Below are positions 55,082 through 59,884 of a stretch of 59,884 nucleotides of DNA, piece after piece. The position numbers and the translations under genes are program-made. Below the pieces are notes generated by a model, which was not told where the DNA came from, ran no database searches, and worked only from the letters and a program-made list of their open reading frames with translations. This DNA comes from a virus (taxonomy: Duplodnaviria > Caudoviricetes): the IMG/VR virus record IMGVR_UViG_3300001765_000186, positions 1 to 59,884 of that record. One strand, 5' to 3'. The first letter of the stretch is position 1. Each line of letters opens with the position of its first letter.

Positions 55082-55459
55082 TTACAGGTGCGCCACGTTG
55101 AAGGCGAACAGCAGGCCGGACACCTGCTTTGCCAGGGCGAACGCCTCGCGCGGGTTCAACTCCAGCAGTTCATCCCCCACTTCAATCTTCATCTTGCCCA
55201 GCGGCAGGCTGGTGGTGGACACGGGCCGGTCAACGCTCTGATCCACGGGGTAATAGAACCCTGGTACGTCCATGCGGATTACATCGTCGGCTTTCAGCTT
55301 CTTGATGTGGTCGTCAACAATCACCTGAGACAACCCAGACAACCGCGTCACACTCGCGCGATTGGCGTAGGCGTTGTGCTCACAGATCGTCACGATGGCC
55401 TGCAACACAATCTGGCGGCTGGTGCGGGTTTGTTCGATTTCTGTCGGCTGGTTATCCAT
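55082..55459 (-). CDS. Winged-HTH protein, candidate late regulator
   Basis: ANRASVTRLSGLSQVIVDDHIKKL..DDVI...PGFY; last gene of the pR operon. Confidence 0.6.
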   Translation of the reverse strand: MDNQPTEIEQTRTSRQIVLQAIVTICEHNAYANRASVTRLSGLSQVIVDDHIKKLKADDVIRMDVPGFYYPVDQSVDRPVSTTSLPLGKMKIEVGDELLELNPREAFALAKQVSGLLFAFNVAHL

Positions 55460-55856
55460 GCTGCGCTCCCATTGCGAATTTGATTGCGATATTGGCTTGG
55501 TACGGTGAAAAGTTGGGCCAGCGCTTCAAGGCGATGGCGAGGGCGTTGTCGATGGTCACGGTGTCGTCCTTGTGCCAGATACAGCCACGGGCAAAGCACT
55601 GTTCTATGACGTGCTTGGCGGCCAGCATCATCCTGGCGTCAACCGATTGGGTTTCCTCGCGCAGGGCCACCAGCACGGCGGTGATGATGATGTCCATGGT
55701 TGCCACGTCGGACTCGCAGGCGGTGCCGTGGTCAAGCTGGAAGATGTTGATACGCATGTCCATGACTGCGCCCAACAGCTTCTGCTTGGCGACCGCGCGG
55801 GCCACCGGGTTCATTCCGGTGTCCCTGCTTACTTTGTGAAGCGCCTTGTTTTTCAA
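55452..55856 (-). CDS. Hypothetical protein
   Basis: Overlapping packed ORF. Confidence 0.65.
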   Translation of the reverse strand: MKNKALHKVSRDTGMNPVARAVAKQKLLGAVMDMRINIFQLDHGTACESDVATMDIIITAVLVALREETQSVDARMMLAAKHVIEQCFARGCIWHKDDTVTIDNALAIALKRWPNFSPYQANIAIKFAMGAQHG

Positions 55857-56146
55857 ATCAGTCCCTTGTTTTTGAGAATCACCAAACTGCGCACATGGCC
55901 ATGGAACCAGTCAAGATCCAACTGTTCACGGGTCATGTGTTTCGCGCCCTGCATCTGGTCATACGCGGCGTCGCAGGCTGTGCAGGCGTATGCGCCCGCC
56001 AAGTCCAGTGCCTTGATGGACTTGCCGCGACCGGCAGACCCGTGGCGGCAGTGGCTCCAGATCGTCTTGGCCGGGTCGAAGGTGCAAACTCCGATGTAGC
56101 GGACTTGGCAGTCTTCGCCCCTTGCGGATGTCGTAATCTTGCTCAT
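55853..56146 (-). CDS. DUF1364-like zinc nuclease-family protein
   Basis: SARGEDCQVR..GVC, H, GAYACTAC. Confidence 0.8.
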   Translation of the reverse strand: MSKITTSARGEDCQVRYIGVCTFDPAKTIWSHCRHGSAGRGKSIKALDLAGAYACTACDAAYDQMQGAKHMTREQLDLDWFHGHVRSLVILKNKGLI

Positions 56147-56649
56147 AGTCCGCTCACGATTTCTCCGGTCACCATGTCAATGACGAGGCCCCGCACTTTG
56201 CTGTTAATGACTTCCTTGGGCGCTGGACATTCCCACTCGATGCCAAGGTCCGTTGCCCCGTACGCAAGGATTTGATCTAGGTAGATGCCGAACTGCTTAA
56301 CCGTCAGGTCAGCGGTAGAGCGCAAACGCCGGATGATTTGCACCTTCTTCTTTCCGGCCACCCGGTATTTCTTGATTTCGTAGCCAAGGTAGGTGCGCTT
56401 CATCAGTTCGTGCCATGCATCCGCTGAATACTTCTGGCCGCCCAACTCCACAAAGTTGGCGATGGTCTTGAGCACGAACCCCCAGTAAAAGCGGTTCGCA
56501 CGCAGGCTGCGCTCGTCCTCTGTCTTGCGCACAATGACCTCTACCGGCGTACCGGCTGTAGTCATGGCCTTGGCGATGCGCCAGCCCTCGTTGCACGCTT
56601 TGTTGGCGGTTATGGGGTCTGGGCAGTACACGGATAGCGACTGGTTCAT
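56143..56649 (-). CDS. NinB-like recombination protein
   Basis: RSLRANRFYW, WHELMK, STADLTVKQF..YLDQI. Confidence 0.75.
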   Translation of the reverse strand: MNQSLSVYCPDPITANKACNEGWRIAKAMTTAGTPVEVIVRKTEDERSLRANRFYWGFVLKTIANFVELGGQKYSADAWHELMKRTYLGYEIKKYRVAGKKKVQIIRRLRSTADLTVKQFGIYLDQILAYGATDLGIEWECPAPKEVINSKVRGLVIDMVTGEIVSGL

Positions 56650-56942
56650 GACATTTTGTTTTCAATGGCCGCAACCTTGGGCGGTGCCGCATCGGGCTCC
56701 ACAACTTCAAGCCAGCACTCCAGGAAATCAGCCTCATTGCCTGCGCCGTAGTAGGTTTGCAGCACGTCGGAGCCCGTAGCACGGCAGTGCCATACGTTCT
56801 CCTGCTCGACACCGGCCTTCTCAGCGTGCATGAACACGGTGGTGACGATCTTTCCCTGATTAGGGCCTTTGCCCTCACCGTTGAATGCCATGCGGCTACC
56901 AACGACGCGGCACCGCTGATCTGGCTTTGTTGGGATGCTCAT
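56646..56942 (-). CDS. Hypothetical protein
   Basis: GGAGG RBS; ATGA overlaps. Confidence 0.65.
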   Translation of the reverse strand: MSIPTKPDQRCRVVGSRMAFNGEGKGPNQGKIVTTVFMHAEKAGVEQENVWHCRATGSDVLQTYYGAGNEADFLECWLEVVEPDAAPPKVAAIENKMS

Positions 56943-57358
56943 TTCACAGCCCTCCGGTATGGGTAGGCGACCATGGCCGCGTCCCTTGTGTGCTGGTTGC
57001 TGTCTTTGGTCCAGCCGGTGGCCGCCGCGAACTGCGCCGCGTTCAGCTTTTTGCCCTTGCCTTGCGGGCTTATGCCGTGGGCAGGGATGCCCCTTTCGGC
57101 GCACAGTTCAGTTATCAGCCTGCACCACGCATCAATCTCGCCCACGTTGCGGGCCATCTTGAGAGCGGCTGCGCGACTCTTTACGGTCGTGAACATGAAC
57201 GATGTCAAGCGAGAGTCTTCAAACACCACGCGATCAGCGCCGTTGATGGCGTCGCGGATCTGGTGCGGCTGGCACGTCTGCAAGGCGATCAGCGCCCCAT
57301 TGCTGAACGTGGCCACGCCAGTTGATGCGCCTGGGTCCAGGCCAATGATGATGCTCAC
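56939..57358 (-). CDS. RuvC-fold resolvase-like nuclease
   Basis: IIGLDPGASTGVA, VVFED, NQHTRDAA. Confidence 0.75.
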   Translation of the reverse strand: MSIIIGLDPGASTGVATFSNGALIALQTCQPHQIRDAINGADRVVFEDSRLTSFMFTTVKSRAAALKMARNVGEIDAWCRLITELCAERGIPAHGISPQGKGKKLNAAQFAAATGWTKDSNQHTRDAAMVAYPYRRAVK

Positions 57359-57383
57359 AGCAACTCCCAGTGACGCGCGTGCA

Positions 57384-57605
57384 TCACTTCGTCGAAACTG
57401 AGCGGGACTTCGGCTGGCTCGGGCTCACGGACTCCGAAGTACGCTCCGACCCAATACGGCTTAACAGATCGGCGCTGATACCTGCCCACAATCCAGATGG
57501 GTTCGCGTCCAATTCCTTCGCCCGGTGCCACGCTTGGCCCTTGAAGCCGGGACTCTTGGCCATGGTTATCAGCCAGTCCAGATGCCGTTGGTAGTGCGAT
57601 CCCAT
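57384..57605 (-). CDS. Hypothetical protein
   Basis: Starts immediately after upstream stop; protein-like composition. Confidence 0.55.
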   Translation of the reverse strand: MGSHYQRHLDWLITMAKSPGFKGQAWHRAKELDANPSGLWAGISADLLSRIGSERTSESVSPSQPKSRSVSTK

Positions 57606-58031
57606 TCATGCGACCGCCAGCGCGTTCTTGGCCATTTGCACGACCGTGGGGGTGCGGCGCACACCAGCTTCTACATCGCGCAGAATGGCTTTTGCCCATG
57701 CCCGGTTGTCTATCGGGCTGTGAGTGGTCGCCTTCAAACCGCCCAGCACCTTGGCTGCGATCTCCGGGTTAACTGTTGGCGATGGAAGCTGCGGCGTTTC
57801 AGGCGAAGGGGCTTGACGGCACAGATTCTTGAATTCGATTGGGCTTGGGCACCGCTCCGGTAGGTTTTCCAACGCCCAGGCGATGCGGTGCAGCGACCCG
57901 GCGAACCCGCTCAATTCGTGCGCCCACACGGTTTTCACATCAGCAATTGGCGTGCTACCAAGCGATGCGTCCCAGCGCGCTCCGTAGGTAGCCGCAAGGC
58001 GTTTAAAAAGTCTGTCGATAGCTTCGATCAT
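57606..58031 (-). CDS. Replication accessory protein (lambda P position)
   Basis: LFKRLAATYGARW, PSPIEFKNLCRQAP; downstream of initiator. Confidence 0.65.
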   Translation of the reverse strand: MIEAIDRLFKRLAATYGARWDASLGSTPIADVKTVWAHELSGFAGSLHRIAWALENLPERCPSPIEFKNLCRQAPSPETPQLPSPTVNPEIAAKVLGGLKATTHSPIDNRAWAKAILRDVEAGVRRTPTVVQMAKNALAVA

Positions 58032-59026
58032 GCCGGGGCTCCAATGCGTTTTACAAGGGCAACGTCAATGACGTTGAGGATGGTTGATGGGGGGTTTTTC
58101 TTCGCGTTCTCAGGGTGCTGTTCGCCGGTCATTTCCTCCCAGCGTTCTCGGCCAGCTCGGGCGTCCCGTTCGCGGAATGATTCGGGCGATGCGCGTTCGC
58201 CAACCGATTTTTGGCAGACGGCTTTGAGAAATTCAGCGGCGTCCGCAGGCTGGGCGACAACCGCCGTGCGCACCGCCTCAACAACGACTTGATCGCCGTA
58301 GTCCTTGACCAGCTTTCCGACGAAGGAGCCGCACTGCGCTTTCGGCATCCCCTGCTGGGCGAGAAGTGACTTCCCGGCTGTCCACAGTTCCGCCTTGGTC
58401 AATTGGGCAGGCGATTCGACGGCCCCGCCGTCTGGTACGTTAGTACCAGTAATAGAGTCTCTCTGTCCCTGTCCCTGTCCCTCTCTCTGTCCCTTGGAGG
58501 GCTTGTCCCCGCCAATGTCGTCGTCTTTTCTTGGTTTGTCCCCAGGGACAGACAAGTGGTGTCCATGGGGACGACCAAGAGACAGCCACTCAGAAAACTC
58601 CGGGGTGGTGTGGGTTGTCCCGTGTCTTTGGTTGTGTTTTTTGACCCTGGCAACCTCTGTCCTGTACCGCTGTTCAACCTTTGATTTCCAGGCTTCAACG
58701 GCCTTTTCGGCCACGACCGGGTGATACAAGCGGCCATCAGCACAAAGCACCCACCCGCGCAACGCTCCAGGGCGTACAGCCGTCCACTCTTTGGCTATCT
58801 TTCCGCGCTGGGCATACCCTGCTTGTTTGGCGATCCATGTATCGCTGTTTGGGATGGATGCTGCCGGTACTTGGTGCCAAGACGCGGCCCACAGCAATAC
58901 AGCCGCCCAGCACGACTCCGGCGTTTCGTTTGCCGACAGATCGGAGTCACGCAGGCGAGCTACGTCCAGCGGCATGAATGCGAAGTCTTGTAGATCGCAA
59001 TCCGCTGGCGTTAAAGGCGTAGTCAT
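58028..59026 (-). CDS. DUF1376/YdaU-like replication initiator
   Basis: FMPLDVARLRDSD, WHQVPAASIP, DGRLYHPVVAE; internal iteron-like repeats. Confidence 0.8.
   Translation of the reverse strand: MTTPLTPADCDLQDFAFMPLDVARLRDSDLSANETPESCWAAVLLWAASWHQVPAASIPNSDTWIAKQAGYAQRGKIAKEWTAVRPGALRGWVLCADGRLYHPVVAEKAVEAWKSKVEQRYRTEVARVKKHNQRHGTTHTTPEFSEWLSLGRPHGHHLSVPGDKPRKDDDIGGDKPSKGQREGQGQGQRDSITGTNVPDGGAVESPAQLTKAELWTAGKSLLAQQGMPKAQCGSFVGKLVKDYGDQVVVEAVRTAVVAQPADAAEFLKAVCQKSVGERASPESFRERDARAGRERWEEMTGEQHPENAKKNPPSTILNVIDVALVKRIGAPA
58464..58621. repeat. TGTCCC iteron-like cluster, putative origin
   Basis: TGTCCC at about 58464, 58470, 58476, 58488, 58505, 58537, 58616, plus an inverted GGGACA. Confidence 0.6.
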
Positions 59027-59355
59027 TTGGCGGCACCCTTCACTGCCTTGGCGACACGGAACTCAAACAGGCCAGCACTGGCCGGGTTCATCAAACTGAA
59101 CAGGCGGGCCAGATAAGGCGTGTTGTGGTCATTCAGCTTGCGTGAGCCCGCATTGACCTCATGCAACGCCGTGTGGTGCCGCAGGACTTCCACAATCGTC
59201 CTGGCGCTGTAGTGCGCAAACCCTCTGGCGACAACGCGCTTGGCCTCCCGCTCAAATGAAAAGTACACATGGGTGTTGTCGGGTAGGTATTGCAGAAACT
59301 CAGGCGTGAACTGGTCTTGATGGTCCTGGGCTACTTCAATGGGTGTACGGTCCAT
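59023..59355 (-). CDS. Conserved hypothetical phage protein
   Basis: HYSARTIVEVLRHHT, KLND..TPYLARLF. Confidence 0.75.
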   Translation of the reverse strand: MDRTPIEVAQDHQDQFTPEFLQYLPDNTHVYFSFEREAKRVVARGFAHYSARTIVEVLRHHTALHEVNAGSRKLNDHNTPYLARLFSLMNPASAGLFEFRVAKAVKGAAK

Positions 59356-59356
59356 A

Positions 59357-59629
59357 TCAAGCTCCTTGTGTGACTGTGACGTGATAACGGCGGGCGTCTT
59401 GCTGGGCCTTCTGGGACTTCTTGCTCAAGCCTTTGATAGTCCCGATGTTTCGACCGCTGGCTTCAACCTTCTCGCGCGATTCCGTGGCCACTTGCGATGC
59501 GCTTGACCCACTGGCATTTGCAGCCATGAAAGACCTGCCCTGCGTGAATGTGCTGGGCTGTCCGTCCATGTGAGCCGTAAAGCCGTTACCGAAGCTCTTT
59601 GGGGTGCCATCTGGCCATTTGCTGGTCAT
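59357..59629 (-). CDS. Hypothetical protein, allele of 34..333
   Basis: Homologous to the left-end ORF. Confidence 0.75.
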   Translation of the reverse strand: MTSKWPDGTPKSFGNGFTAHMDGQPSTFTQGRSFMAANASGSSASQVATESREKVEASGRNIGTIKGLSKKSQKAQQDARRYHVTVTQGA

Positions 59630-59883
59630 GCTGTAGCCCTCAGTTGAGGTTGCAGGGATGCAAGGCGATCCATTTGCGCGGCCAGCAGGCGCTGAGACTC
59701 AAGCACTTGCCGCATCAGGTCTTCGGCCACGTCCGCTGGCTTTATGGGAGTTGTTGGGGCGTAGTTCAGGTCTTCCAGGATGTAGGCAGCGCCTTCATGG
59801 AAGCCACGGGTACGGGCCATCTTGAGAATAAACATCACCTGACTAGGCTTCAGGTTCTCCGGGCGGGATTCGTCCAGGGCGTT
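59626..59883 (-). CDS. 5'-truncated regulator in the cII position (runs off the window)
   Basis: Frame open to the window end: NALDESRPENLKPSQVMFILKMAR... Confidence 0.55.
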   Translation of the reverse strand, partial: NALDESRPENLKPSQVMFILKMARTRGFHEGAAYILEDLNYAPTTPIKPADVAEDLMRQVLESQRLLAAQMDRLASLQPQLRATA

Positions 59884-59884
59884 C

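Noticed and set aside
1-59884. tRNA or rRNA genes
   Set aside because: None recognised by eye; tRNAscan-SE or ARAGORN would be needed to exclude them

Overview
This looks like an essentially complete, circularly permuted ~59.3 kb temperate podophage genome with a Bcep22/BcepIL02-like layout. A Burkholderiales host is inferred from protein-family resemblance only. Layout: lambdoid switch (cro, cI, five CAC-N4-GTG operators); a three-gene accessory block behind cI; a + strand early operon (RecT, YqaJ exonuclease, SSB, HNHs, MTase, xis, attP, integrase); then on the - strand lysis genes, a 4287-aa DarB-like MTase/helicase protein, tail/virion genes, capsid, scaffold, portal, terminase, nin-like and replication genes. 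The two ends overlap but carry different alleles. Main observations: (1) the membrane protein directly behind cI ends in a domain 49% identical (23/47 aa, ungapped) to the phage's own putative scaffold protein, a candidate scaffold-mimic system; (2) an integrase-less integron-like cassette array (two attC hairpins, an attI-like site, matching core/inverse-core pairs) whose genes run antisense to attC polarity; (3) up to three RBS-led genes nested in the +1 frame of the giant DarB-like gene; (4) a six-copy late-promoter-like motif, five copies with a fixed 21-nt spacer to a -10-like hexamer; (5) Tad2-like and Gp49/Acb4-like candidate anti-defence genes between portal and scaffold. All family names come from motif recognition, not database searches.
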